A DNA stretch of 62,997 nt, the filler included, from Squatina squatina (taxonomy: Eukaryota), in NCBI GenBank assembly GCA_031763465.1. It is 20 parts of one record of this genome, joined end to end, with 100 filler letters (N's around TTAATTAATTAA, not from the genome) between each part and the next. Parts side by side here need not be neighbours in the genome. Positions count along the whole stretch, not along the records: positions 37,054 to 40,507 come from JARFOE010000115.1; positions 40,608 to 42,771 come from JARFOE010000115.1; positions 42,872 to 44,525 come from JARFOE010000115.1; positions 44,626 to 46,964 come from JARFOE010000115.1; positions 47,065 to 48,852 come from JARFOE010000115.1; positions 48,953 to 51,223 come from JARFOE010000115.1; positions 51,324 to 61,554 come from JARFOE010000115.1; 13 more parts are not named here. One strand, given 5' to 3'. Shown here one piece after another: positions 38,663-51,817 of the stretch. How positions within the stretch are numbered: the stretch's first letter is position 1; each line of letters starts with the position of its first letter. Under the pieces are notes generated by a model. That model did not search any database. It was given only the letters and a program-made list of their open reading frames with translations, and was not told the DNA's origin. The position numbers were made by a program, and so were the translations under genes.

Positions 38663-39589
38663 CTATTAAAATAATGAAGAATATATGATCAAAATCATAT
38701 CTCATGAGCTATTCTCATTGCATTTAGACACTCCCTTTGTATGATCTAAACTGTGGTCATTTACATAAGATTACATGTGATATACGGCATAGAAACAGGC
38801 CATTCGGCCCAACCAGTCCATGCCGGCATTTATGTTCCACTAAAGTCTCCTCCTCTCTTTCCCCATCTAAATCTATCAGCATAACCCTCTATTCCCTTCT
38901 CCTTCATATGCTTGTCCAGCCTCCCCTTAAATGCATCGTATTTGTATAGTAAGAAAACACAGTCATTCTCATCTGCTATTGCTTAACTCTGAGTAGTACT
39001 AGCAGAAATGTAGGACCAAATTAGTTCCCTCCCTTTTCAAACACAGCTAGAGCCTGACCCAGGAAGATTTTTATTTCCCATAACATTTATCTCCTCCTTT
39101 CCCTTCTCAATAAAAGATGTAACAACTACTTCATCAGGCAGATGTCATGAAACTTTAAGATTCATCAATGTTTCCTAATTTTCAGTTTTGAAGTTACTGT
39201 AATCTCAACAAATTTCTGGTTTCAGAAGAGACGTCAGTAGGGTCTAAATGGTGTAGTGGACTTTGCACTGGCCTTTCACCAATACAGAACGATGACAATG
39301 ATGTTCTTCTCTGTTTGCTGCCTAGACTCTGAAAACAGAAAATCAGGGTTGCTGAAGGAGGAAAACATTCACAATGTGACTCAGTATCTGCCACCATCTG
39401 AACTGAAACACACCAAAGCTCTGGCCAATAGGGTGAACAATGCAGTGAGGGAGGGTTAAACCTATATGCCGGGGGAAGGCTCTAGGTTTGAATCTAGAGA
39501 GTAGAATTCATGAAACTATTGGAATAAAAGCAACAGGCTTTGCTGAAATAAATGGTCAGTGGGGATAAGGAAAGAAATGGGTTACGTCA

Positions 39590-39990
39590 GTGGGTATTCA
39601 AAATTAAATGAGAAAACCAGGAAAAAAAGAGTCAGGGTTGAGTAAAATGTGAAAGCACAAAAAATTCAAAACAAAATTGGGAAGTTAGGAGCATTATGGA
39701 GGAATACTATACTGTAGCTATAATAGAAACATGACTTAAATTTGGAAAGGACTGGGAACTTAATATTGCTGATTTATAACAATTTCAGAAGAAATAGGGA
39801 GTGACAAAAAAGGTGTGGGGTGTTAATAAAAGATTCTATCACAGCACTAGAATGCAAGGATGTCCTAGGGATATTGCATTAAGACAGAATTCATATCGAT
39901 AGTTAAGAAATAGGAAGGGAATGGTACAATTCTTGGTCTGCATTATAGGTCACCAAACAGTGGAAATGGGATAGAGATCTGCAGAAAGAA
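39590..39990 (+). mobile_element. Degenerate CR1 endonuclease fragment in an OPA1 intron
   Basis: Remnants YYTVAIIET*L..DWELNI..YRSPNS. Confidence 0.6.
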
Positions 39991-40354
39991 GCCAAACATC
40001 AGGAGACAAGAATGGCCGTTGAAGATTTCGAAAGCCTCTTTTACATTTTTGATCTTGCCCAAGCCAGTATTAAATTAGATGTCCTATTTGTTTGCAGAAA
40101 ATTTTGGCGTAAAGTTGGATGTATGGATAAAGAGAAATGCTACCATATGCACTTTCCGGCATTGGCATTCATATAGGACCAGAGAGCCATTTGTACAATA
40201 TCATTAAAGTACCCCTTGAAAAAGGCCATGTCCCTCAATATTTTGACAGATTTTAGATCATAAGAGTGGGAGGTTGGAAATCTACTCTGGTTTTTAAGAC
40301 TATGAAGTACTCACTAAAGTAAGAAATTAAAACCACAAAGTTTTGGAAACTTAC

Positions 40355-40463
40355 TGTCTCGAAGACGGGATTGCAGTGTTTCTTCCAGGAAATGGATAGC
40401 CGCATCCCATTGCTGTTTGTCAGATATAGAACGATCTTCTAAAGCATTGTGCTGGATGACTCG
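40355..40463 (-). CDS. OPA1: OPA1 exon: [36 protein letters not shown]
   Basis: AG/GT bounded, 109 nt. Confidence 0.97.
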
Positions 40464-40607
40464 CTACAGAAACACAAAGGTAATCATTAAATATGGATAA
40501 GGGATAGNNNNNNNNNNNNNNNNNNNNNNNNNNNNNNNNNNNNNNNNNNNNTTAATTAATTAANNNNNNNNNNNNNNNNNNNNNNNNNNNNNNNNNNNNN
40601 NNNNNNN

Positions 40608-40782
<175 letters not shown>

Positions 40783-41427
40783 TTAACAAAGAATTCCAAT
40801 AAGCTAAATGAGTTCTTTATTTTACAATGTAGCACACTTGCTCTTAAAGGGCAAGACATGGGTAGATCTAAAAATACTTAAAAACTTTGCATAGGGCATG
40901 CATTTGCTGTGCATAAAACTTACTTCCTGTTGCCACAGTATTTTGTCAATATCATCAATATATGCAATTTTAAATATCAACATTTCCCATTCAATTTTAC
41001 TATGTCAACTGTCACGCTGCAGTTGCCTCCTCTGGCCACTAGGTGGAGCAAGTCTCTCTCGCTCAACTTCATGTACGTAAAAATATTATATTCACAGATA
41101 TATTGGAGTGTTTAAAATGATGAAACAATGGGAGGGTAGATAGAAGCAGACAGTTGCCAGTGGTTGAAAGCTCGAGGGGTTATCCATAGAAGATTAAATA
41201 TAAGCAATTTGGAACAGAAGCCTGGAGAAATCTCTTNNNNNNNNNNNNNNNNNNNNNNNNNNNNNNNNNNNNNNNNNNNNNNNNNNNNNNNNNNNNNNNN
41301 NNNNNNNNNNNNNNNNNNNNNNNNNNNNNNNNNNNNTCAAATACTCAGAATAAACAATTCAAATTGTAATCTAGTTATTACATGAATCTCGTTCAAAAAA
41401 CAGAATGCAACATTTATTTATATTTAC

Positions 41428-41543
41428 CTTTAAATGCATCAGCCTGCTGTTCCACAGACTCGCGCACCATTTTCCAGAAACAGTCCGACACTGCTAGGCT
41501 CAGGTTCTTAGTTGTCACTTGATGTGCTTTCAGCATTCCTGTC
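41428..41543 (-). CDS. OPA1: OPA1 exon: [38 protein letters not shown]
   Basis: AG/GT bounded, 116 nt. Confidence 0.97.
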
Positions 41544-43976
41544 CTTTAATGTAAAGAAACTCATAATTGGTCTTGTATACCAATACACATATGTAGAAGG
41601 CATGATAAATAGGTTTAAATGATAAGCTAAATAAACTTTTATTGCTCATCTTTGAGTAGCCTGGTAGTTGCCACTGTTCAATGTTCACTTTGAATCAGAG
41701 TGTCAGTTTAAGTTCTAATCTCGACTGCAGTTCCAAGCTCCCTGTTCTTACTGGCTGAGTTTTGTCAGTTGCCAACCAGGCTAACTGGTAAGGAAGAATA
41801 AAGCAACAGAAAGCTTCAGGAAAGAAGAACTAACAGGGTCAGTCCTGCTCTCCCATCATCCAACCACAATAGCTGTCATGAGAAGTGCATGGCCAAGTCA
41901 ACCCACTTTCCCTCCTCAATGGATGAGGACAGCTACACATTACAATGAAAGAATCTAGAGAGAGTAAGAGGAAAAGTAAGTTTATGTGTGACTTGAGCTG
42001 GGTAGAGAATCACCTGTTGCATATATACATAATATATACACAAGAGTTATACCTTCACATACCTGCAATACCACATGACGATATTGTAACCAAGTTTTCC
42101 AGAAGACATGAGCGTTCTAACCATTAAAGCACAAACTAAGCAAGTTATAACAGCTGACGCACCAACTGGAAGCCATTAACCCACTCTGAGGCATATCATT
42201 TTACATAACAAATACTACAGCCTTTAAACCTGTTCATATTTTCAGGTATACAGTAGCAAAATTTTTAATGAAAAAGAGAGTGGACTACCCTCCTTGGAGA
42301 AAGATAAGTGGGGTCTCTTTGGGGTCAAGGTGGCTCCAAGATGGTGCACCCAGTGGCGAAAGTTTAGAACCTGTAGCAAATTTGTTAACTGAGTACCTGA
42401 GTGAGGCAGCTCCAGCGCACTGTTGCACTGTTGATGATTGACCAGTCTGGCTAACTAATGCAACCGAGAAGTACACCAGTCACCAATCTGCTCCAGAAAT
42501 CTAGCAAACCATTAGTGAATGGACAGGATGGTCCTGGATGGACAAGTAGCTAGAAGCTCACCACTCATCTGTGATGGTACACTGAAAACATTTAGCTGGT
42601 TATAATCCCATTAATACCTATGCACATATTTGGAGCTCTGTGCCCAAGCTCTCTGGACTTAGATAAGTGGCATGTGTCCCTATGCGGAAAGAGGGTGCAC
42701 TCCACATTGGGCAACAGAAACTCTGCTCGTCTAGATTTCTTAGTAACTCATTTGGGAAACTCAAACATATGNNNNNNNNNNNNNNNNNNNNNNNNNNNNN
42801 NNNNNNNNNNNNNNNTTAATTAATTAANNNNNNNNNNNNNNNNNNNNNNNNNNNNNNNNNNNNNNNNNNNNCTGATAAATATCTACGTTCCTTGTGTTGT
42901 GCTGAAAGCCTCTAAATAACTTCAGTGTTTTGAAGATTACAATGGATCTGCTTGGAAAGAAACTGAGCGAGGCTGTTTACTGAAATGTGCAGCAGAGATT
43001 AACAAAAGAGTTGAAAGAACCCTCACTCTATAACGGTTGCAGATTAACCTGACAACAAGGGAACTAAAAAATGCAACAAATTGAATTGTTTAGTTTCACA
43101 ATATCCAACCAATCGCTTAGCTACAATTCATTCTCCACACTGTGAGATTAACTTGTTGGAGTGTAGACTCCTGTGTAACATTCGTATTGGTCAGTGGTGG
43201 CTGCAAAGCTAATACAAATATTTTTCTATTCCACTGAAATCATGTGTGACCTAGATAACGCTGTGATTTTCATTAAAACACCACAACACCTATGTACTGA
43301 GACTGAGTATTAAATGTCACTGCCACGAGGGTCTTCTGGTTGAGAAGTAAGTATGGCTACAAATGGAAGGCAAATCTAAACGCAACTGCTGAGTGGGCAA
43401 AGAAAATAAAGACAAGATCAAGAAGTGTTGCTTTGTCTATAAAGAATGGTAATTAATGTGTTATGTAGTAAAATGCTTCTATCAATATAAAATATTGTAT
43501 TTTCTGATGCACCATGAGCAATGCCATAAGAAATCTACTACTATCTATATATTATGAAAAATCTTCGGTAGACTACACTTCCTGTCCAGAAATCTTTTGT
43601 GTGTCATGATTTTGTTCTAGCTTTTGTGTCAACATGTACCATTGTGAATTGCTAACATTAACATTTCCCATTCAATTCAACAGCCACAATGCAACTACAC
43701 ACTTTGGTAATTAGGCTGCTCAGTGGAGCAAATATCAGATATCCAAAACATCACAGGCAATTTACAAGTATTTTAAGAAAAGTATACATTCATACTTTCA
43801 TACATTACAAATACTGTGATTTTTGAATACTTTGTAACTTTTCCTTGGCAAAAAAATGCTTGCTCATATTCTCAGTTCAATCCGACAAAAGATTCATTTA
43901 TTGGCATAATTGATTTAGGATCAACATTTGAAACCTTTTAAAAAGATGCAACGGAATCTTACTGTGGCTTGCTTAC

Positions 43977-44049
43977 CTCTGCCGGTAACAACTGCAAAGT
44001 AACCCAAAGCCTTCATTGGGAACAACTTGCCTTCCACAATCTGTTGAAT
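43977..44049 (-). CDS. OPA1: OPA1 exon: [24 protein letters not shown]
   Basis: AG/GT bounded, 73 nt. Confidence 0.97.
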
Positions 44050-44804
44050 CTATAGATGTGCAATATATAAATTCCAGAGATAATCTGATTATCAAGCCGA
44101 GTCTTAAAAGAATCAGTTTACATACACTGTATAATAGTTAATGTATTACATATAGCACAATCATAGACTTAAAAAAAAAGTAATTAATTGAAGGAGTGTG
44201 CTACTGAGCAAAAAGTCACTAAGATAGCTACTGCCAAGATAATAAATGAGCATTACAACATTGTGGTTCAGGTTTTAAATTTGTGTGTCAAGTAAGTGTG
44301 GCTTACTATAAGAAAATCACTTTCAGATGGGCAGACTAGATTGCTGGTTTTTCCACAGAGCTCAACTCTTAACAGGTAGGTTCAGAACCACAGCCATGCT
44401 TACCCCACCAGCCTAGTTCAAGAGTATCTAATTTTTAAAGTACCATAGTCTTGTTTCATTCCCCAAGGATTTTCAATGCTGCCCTTGATTACATTCACTT
44501 TAACTGCAATGAATCTTTATCTACGNNNNNNNNNNNNNNNNNNNNNNNNNNNNNNNNNNNNNNNNNNNNTTAATTAATTAANNNNNNNNNNNNNNNNNNN
44601 NNNNNNNNNNNNNNNNNNNNNNNNNCAGAGGCAAGCAATTCATGATACTTAAAACAATGATTGAATGATATTCAAGGATAATTATGAATTCATCTGCTAC
44701 ACATTCAGCAGATATAAAAATGTTAAGATGTTTTAACTTTTAAAATACCACAGAAGCTTGCTTCAAACATATTTAAAAAGTATCTAATGTCGTAAAGCCC
44801 TTAC

Positions 44805-44935
44805 CCTACTGGGACTAGCCAAGTTTTTTTCTGCTAGATCCACTTTAGTCAACACAAAGATGGTCCTTCTGCCTTGTGGGTCCATCTGGCTGACCAGGTC
44901 AGTTACAATACTGCGTTCAGCATCTACTGACCCAT
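44805..44935 (-). CDS. OPA1: OPA1 exon (GTPase G4 TKVD): [44 protein letters not shown]
   Basis: AG/GT bounded, 131 nt. Confidence 0.98.
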
Positions 44936-45574
44936 CTAAAAGACAGAACAGTACAAAATCCATGGCAACTAGGGTAAATATGTAATTCTTAAAAGACCAT
45001 GTACTGAACTCTCTATGGGTCAAAATGCTGTGAATTTGAGTCCAACACAAAGTTGTGAGCATGTAATCTAGGCTCACATTTTAGTTAAGTAATGAGGAAG
45101 TGCTGTATTGGCAGAAATACCATCCTTTGAATGAAACAGCAAATAGATCCTGTCTGTTTAGGTGGATCACAGAGCACTATTTAAATAAGAGCATCAAGTT
45201 CTCCACAATCAATATCACAACACAGATAAATCAAGCATTAATTTTTGCCAGAGAATGTTTGCTGCATTTTTCGATATGACAGTTACAAGACAAGATAATA
45301 CACAAATGCAAATCTATATTATTTGTTTACCATATAACCCTCAAATGTGTAACTTACATAGATACTAAAAATTCAAAATTAAAAATGGAAAATTGGGTCA
45401 GTGCCCCTTTGCTTTAATATGTTACATTACAACAAAATACTAATAAAGTGCAAAATGACTTTTAATTAAGTTATTTATATTAAAAACAATTAAGTGTACT
45501 CAGCATTTATACATCATTCAGTGTAATATTTCCTCACCTGCAAATAAATCAGTAAGTACATTTTGAATTCTTAC

Positions 45575-45674
45575 CTTGGATACAAAGGATGATGGCATTA
45601 GGGTTCTGCATGTAAGCCTTGCTTATGCTAAAAATTATATCCTTGGTGTCAGCAGCCATTCCTGAGGTCACAGT
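45575..45674 (-). CDS. OPA1: OPA1 exon: [33 protein letters not shown]
   Basis: AG/GT bounded, 100 nt. Confidence 0.98.
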
Positions 45675-46167
45675 CTTCAACATAGAAAAAAAGGCCATAA
45701 AGTTCAGTAATATAACAAAACAGGTTTCTGCCAGCATCCTGTAAAAGGTTCAACCTATGCATAACATAACAAAGATTTGGTTAATAACACATTTATATAG
45801 TTTATTATATTTTGAAGTGCAAATTCAAATAATAGGTTTACAGTTTTTATNNNNNNNNNNNNNNNNNNNNNNNNNNNNNNNNNNNNNNNNNNNNNNNNNN
45901 NNNNNNNNNNNNNNNNNNNNNNNNNNNNNNNNNNNNNNNNNNNNNNNNNNNNNNNNNNNNNNNNNNNNNNNNNNNNNNNNNNNNNNNNNNNNNNNNNNNN
46001 NNNNNNNNNNNNNNNNNNNNNNNNNNNNNNNNNNNNNNNNNNNNNNNNNNNNNNNNNNNNNNNNNNNNNNNNTTAGAATCTTTATTCTATAATGATCATG
46101 TTGCTAACACAGCTGGAATCTAATCAGCTCACAATAGAGAAGCTCTGTTAATCTGACCTTTGATTTA

Positions 46168-46326
<159 letters not shown>

Positions 46327-46579
46327 CTATGAATTGTACAAATAAAATGAATACAAGCAATAACTTTAAATCAGCAGCGAACTGTTAAATTTACAATAAG
46401 ACAAAACACATAAATCCACAGCAACTACTGTACAGCAGAAGTTATATGTTGCAGACTAGCTTTATTTATTGCTGTCGCATTTCATTCAAAATGTAGACAA
46501 TATAAATTACATTTTGTATGCAAGTACTGAATGGAACACTTTTTATAACTGCAAATAAATACATGCAATTATTCCTTAC

Positions 46580-46654
46580 CTCAGGACTGACAGTTTGCCC
46601 TTCCTTTACACTACTCCTCATTCTTATTTCAGTTTCATTGCGCAATGCTGCTAG
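46580..46654 (-). CDS. OPA1: OPA1 exon: LAALRNETEIRMRSSVKEGQTVSPE
   Basis: AG/GT bounded, 75 nt. Confidence 0.97.
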
Positions 46655-49256
46655 CTGCATAAACAGAAACAGAAATATATTTCAGTATCCAAACTATAAC
46701 TCGGAGAGGTGCAAGTCAAATTAAAACTACTCAACTGTACTAGGACAGTTATTTGTGAAGTATCCCCACAGGCAATTACATAAGCAAAGTAGAATTTAGA
46801 GGTAAATTTTGTTAATCACCTCACACTTGAAACTGGTGAGCAGCAAATCCTGGCACTGCTGTGGAACAGATCGGAGCCTGAAATATCAGCTCTTGTCTGA
46901 CCGATTTCAGGATCTGAGATTTTCATGAACTACTTTGTAAGGCTCTGGTGATGGCAGTCGTGGCNNNNNNNNNNNNNNNNNNNNNNNNNNNNNNNNNNNN
47001 NNNNNNNNTTAATTAATTAANNNNNNNNNNNNNNNNNNNNNNNNNNNNNNNNNNNNNNNNNNNNTTTTCAGGAGCACAAAATAGAACTGCGACCAACCAC
47101 CCTTTCAGAGGAGAAGAAACTGCAAAGTGAGTTGCAGCTTCAAAGGTGTTCCTCGAGACTGATCAAGCTGCTCTCCTTGAAGCAGTTGCCTGAGATCTAT
47201 CAAGACTTACTGAATGTTCTCTGGCATTCCTGTGTGAAAATTCGTCTTGGTGAGTTTTTTTGCATTTTATTTTGTTGCGCTTAGTCTCGGGTGAGAGGAG
47301 TTCTTCAGGCAAATTTGATCTTGGCAAATGACACTTATACAGTTATCAAGCTGGCTACATTTCTTTTTAACTTTGAAATTTAAAAACAACTGAGTTAGCT
47401 GAAATAAGTCAAATGTTGGTATCACTGGGGTTATTTTACTGTAATTTCATAAGTAACCTACTGTCTTTATGCATAAATACACTGCATCTTAATGTCACTT
47501 CCCAAGCTACACTACAACTATTTTATATTTGCATGCCTATTTTCACATGCTTCTCTCCCTTCAACACACACTCTTCTCTCCCAATTATCCCTTGTGCCAT
47601 TTTCATCATTATAAAGACTAACCTGTTGACTCCTTGCATGCTAATATATACCACTGCCACTTTCAAAATATGCATGTTTCCTATTCTTTCTATTAAAATG
47701 CTAATGTTGGATCTTGTGGAATAAGTATATTAAACCCCAAAACACTAATTTATAAAACTAATCTTGTTAATTTTCTTTTTTATTCCTGTATTTATTTGTT
47801 CATTTGTTGGATAAACTCTCTGGTTATTAAATTCTCAGGCAAAGCATTGCACTTTTCCACATGAAATGTTACACCTTCTTCCAATTAGTCTCATTTAGAA
47901 GTACAGTTTCCATATTGATATTGGCTTTTGGTATGTTTATATGGTATGGTGCTGCCTCTATCCTCCTCCAGCCCAACTTCAGGCCATGGAGACACCAGTA
48001 ACATTGTCATCGTGGTCAGCTTGACCAATAGGAATAACCATTCAAGTCAGCAGAAGAAAGTAAGCCTAATCAGTAACGAGCAATTCCAACATGGCAAGCA
48101 ACATCCACGTCTCATTGTGTAAGTCAACATTTTCAGGAATCACTCTGATGAAGTCAAAGTATTGCTTGCAACTGCTGGGCAAAAACCTCGAAACTGCACC
48201 AAGATGTGCTGTGACTGATAGATTCATACCAGAATTCTGAACTTTGGCCAAAGAGAAAGACTGCAAAGTTTTGCACTGAATGATGGTAGATGTTTTTAAG
48301 TAAATGTACCAAGTATCGTGTCTGAAGCGTTTTCCACAAAAATTAGTGCACTAAAACGGTGTCACCACAAACACACCTGAGGCAAGTCAGTAACTTCCAT
48401 TGGACAACACTGATTTATGCAACAAGTTTGTATACAATTTCATATGAGTCATGTAAGCCCCTAATTGTGTAATTGAAATCCCTGCATGGAAACATGAGGA
48501 ACAGCAACTGCAACAGTATTAATAACAAAGAGACAAAAGGTTACCTTTGTTACTTCTCGACTTTACTATTCCAAAGCACTTCTGGCCAGCCTCCTGTCTT
48601 CCACGCTCCATAAACATAAGGTCATCCAAAACTCTGCTGCCTATCTCACATCAAGTCCCGTTCACCCATCACCCCTGTGCTTTCTGACATACACTGGCTC
48701 CCGATTAAGCAACACCTCAATTTTAAAATTCACATCCTCCTTTCAAATCCCTCCACGGCCTCACTCCTCCCGATCTCTGTAACCTCCTCCACACCTATAT
48801 AACCCTGAGATATCTGCGCTCCTCCAATTCGATTTTAATCACTTCGCCATTGNNNNNNNNNNNNNNNNNNNNNNNNNNNNNNNNNNNNNNNNNNNNTTAA
48901 TTAATTAANNNNNNNNNNNNNNNNNNNNNNNNNNNNNNNNNNNNNNNNNNNNAAGTTTTCATCAGTTCCAATGATTTCATCGATGTCACTGATTGCCGGC
49001 TATGGGGAGTTCCACACCACAGCCTGTGTTGGAGCAGTGAATGACTGACCGCAACATCAAGATTTTTCCATTTAGATGTACATGTGTTAAATCCAGAAGT
49101 TATGGTCAGTTTCAGAGGGGTAATGACGGTGAACACTGACTATTCGCTATCATTACCCACCGCAAAATTTGGGCCATTATCGTCCATTTTCATTTTACCT
49201 GNNNNNNNNNNATATTGCATAAAAAGTGCATAAATTAAGACAAGTTTCTGACATAC

Positions 49257-49452
49257 CTTTTTTGCTGTGTAACCGCCTCCTACTGCTGATCCCAGTACAA
49301 GGTAGCGAATTTTTAGCAGTCTTGTTGCCAATCTAGCTAGAATGAAATTTCTATAGGGATAGTATCCAACTTTCAAAGGAAATGGCTTTGCTGCCCTCAG
49401 GGCAAGTCTGTTGAAAGTGGAGTATGGCCGAGCTGCAGAGTTCCAGTGTAGC
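49257..49452 (-). CDS. OPA1: OPA1 exon 2, 3' part (targeting sequence end and TM anchor)
   Basis: ...[39 protein letters not shown]; 5' part lost in a gap. Confidence 0.97.
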
Positions 49453-49656
49453 NNNNNNNNNNNNNNNNNNNNNNNNNNNNNNNNNNNNNNNNNNNNNNNN
49501 NNNNNNNNNNNNNNNNNNNNNNNNNNNNNNNNNNNNNNNNNNNNNNNNNNNNTTTAGTTAAAACAGAAAAGATCAGAAACACTTGTATTTGTGTCTGTTT
49601 AAATGTTAAGTTTTGTTTTTTTTAAATACATTTATTCTCTTGACTGGTCTTTATAG

Positions 49657-49727
49657 GTGCGGTACATTGAGATTCAAAAGATCAGGTACATCTGGGACCT
49701 TAATGAAAAGCAGTTTGTTAGAGCTGA
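49657..49727 (+). CDS. ATP13A4/5-like exon: VRYIEIQKIRYIWDLNEKQFVRA
   Basis: AG/GT bounded, 71 nt; QKIRY.W motif of ATP13A4/5. Confidence 0.9.
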
Positions 49728-49816
49728 GTAAGTTTTTGCAAATCCACCTGACTTTCTGGAATTATGGTAATTTTAAGCTTCTTCAGATGTATTCTTTAAT
49801 TCATTATTTTATTCAG

Positions 49817-49897
49817 AGGACTGGAAGACAGCCATTCCTGTGCTGATGTTCGTTATAAATTTGGCTCTGGATTAACAACCACAGAAGAAATTACCAG
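49817..49897 (+). CDS. ATP13A4/5-like exon: GLEDSHSCADVRYKFGSGLTTTEEIT
   Basis: AG/GT bounded, 81 nt, in phase with the previous exon across an 89-nt intron; KFGSGLT as in ATP13A4. Confidence 0.9.
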
Positions 49898-50540
49898 GTA
49901 GTTAGTAAAAATAATAATTTGGCTTGATAGTACATTCTGTTGGTGTGTGTGTATGAGACGAGTTCTGCTGTTTGATTGTATGGCCACCTAGCTCTGCTTG
50001 GTTGGATTTCCATTTTTAGAGCTTGTAAATATTGGTTTTGCACAAATTGCCATAAATGTAAACAGTAAATTTCTCTTTTTAAATCAAGTATTTCCTCGAA
50101 GAGATTTGTCTAAGTGAATTGCTCATAAGTAAAGTAAATTGAACATTTTATATATACATATGAAAATGTTCTCTGTAAAATTATATTAACAAGTGTGTAT
50201 TGGAAACTCAAATAATTGAAAGGACACAAAATGTTCCCTCATTTGTAATATTTTCAGAACAAACTGCAGAGTTCCAAACTTCTTGGGGGTTGAATTTCCA
50301 CCCCAAAAGGAGCAGAATCTGGATGGGTGGGAGTGGAAATCAGGGTGGATCCCGGTTTCATCAGGTTCTCGCTCCTTTTCCACTCATCAAANNNNNNNNN
50401 NNNNNNNNNNNNNNNNNNNNNNNNNNNNNNNNNNNNNNNNNNNNNNNNNNNNNNNNNNNNNNNNNNNNNNNNNNNNNNNNNNNNNNNNNNNACTAACTAT
50501 AATTTGTTGACTAATCTATTATTTTATTCTACCACATACG

Positions 50541-50708
50541 GTGAAAGTATTCCTGTAACAAATGCACCATTACCAAGTGTAGCTATCCCGAGTTGTTGGA
50601 AGAGATCTACTGAAGATTACAAGCGTCACATTCTTTTCTGTGGGACCCAAGTGATTCAGTCAAAGGCAACAGGCCAGGGTGAAGTAAAAGCTGTTGTCTA
50701 TCGAACAG
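50541..50708 (+). CDS. ATP13A4/5-like actuator-domain exon (GESIPVT...HILFCGTQVIQ...VYRTG) with a non-canonical CG acceptor
   Basis: Clear P5B ATPase homology and GT donor at 50709; the acceptor dinucleotide reads CG (50539-50540). Confidence 0.88.
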
Positions 50709-51323
50709 GTCTGTCTGCTATGACATCAAAATATCAATTACTTGGATTGTAAATACTTCGATATATGTTGCAGAATACAAACTTCTCCACCTGCTCCACT
50801 TCATTACAGTGGGATATATTTTTGCCTTTACCATTTGTGCATTAATCATCACCTAGAATGAACCCATTGGGCTTTATTCCTTGTATACAATCCTACCTGC
50901 CTGATTTTCCTTCCTGCACTCCATGCAGTTGGTGCTTAACATCTAAATGGTAAACATGGAGATCTAACTCAATTTGCTTATTGTGTTTAAGATTAGATAC
51001 TAGAGTTATTGGTGCTGCAGCAATGAGTTGTTTTATTGAGAAGTAAAGGTTTGGCTCCATAATTTTCAACAATGGGCTGTAATTTACGGCCCCTACGGGT
51101 GCATATGCGCCTGGAGGGGCCACACAAGTTGCAGGTTTAGGCATGCGTTTCACATGCGCGAAAACCCAGAACTTGCGCCTGTCAAGTATTCTCCTGACAG
51201 ATCGTACGCATCACCGAGAAAAGNNNNNNNNNNNNNNNNNNNNNNNNNNNNNNNNNNNNNNNNNNNNTTAATTAATTAANNNNNNNNNNNNNNNNNNNNN
51301 NNNNNNNNNNNNNNNNNNNNNNN

Positions 51324-51560
51324 CCCCAAAGGGCTGTAGGCACTGAATCATTGAGTATAATCAAAGCTGAGATAGATAGATTTTTGGACCCCCGGGGAGC
51401 CAAAGGATATGGAGATAGGGTGGGAAAGTAGAGTTGAGGTTGAAGATCAGTCATGATATTATTGAATGACAGAGCAGGCTCGAGAGGCCAAATGACAGAG
51501 CAGGCTCGAGAGGCCGTATGACCTACTCCTGCTCCTAATTTTTATGTTCTTATGTTCGCA
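51324..51560 (+). mobile_element. CR1 LINE 3' end
   Basis: ...AAGCTGAGATAGATAGATTTTTGG...GAGCAGGCTCGAGAGGCC...CCTACTCCTGCTCCTAAT..TATGTTCTTATGTTC tail. Confidence 0.85.
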
Positions 51561-51628
51561 TTTGTGATATGCTTGATTTGTCATGAGATTATTGACATTA
51601 TTGATTATTATTATTCCTTTTCTTAAAG

Positions 51629-51817
51629 GTACCAACAGGAAAAGTATTGAGGAAAGCACTAGATGTGATAACTATTGCTGTGTCTCCTGCCCTACCTGCT
51701 GCAGTGACTATAGGCATAATATACGCCCAGGAAAGACTGAAAAAGAAAGGAATCTTTTGTATTAGTCCACAGAGGATCAATGTTTGTGGACAGTTGAATC
51801 TTATCTGCTTTGACAAG
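51629..51817 (+). CDS. ATP13A4/5-like exon: TM4 to phosphorylation site ([16 protein letters not shown]...[14 protein letters not shown])
   Basis: AG/GT bounded, 189 nt; CFDK|TGT split is typical of P5B ATPases. Confidence 0.95.

Noticed and set aside
43825..43915. EYEQAFF resembling the missing OPA1 exon (EYEEEFF)
   Set aside because: In-frame TGA, no proper acceptor and too close to the previous donor; the true exon is probably in a gap.
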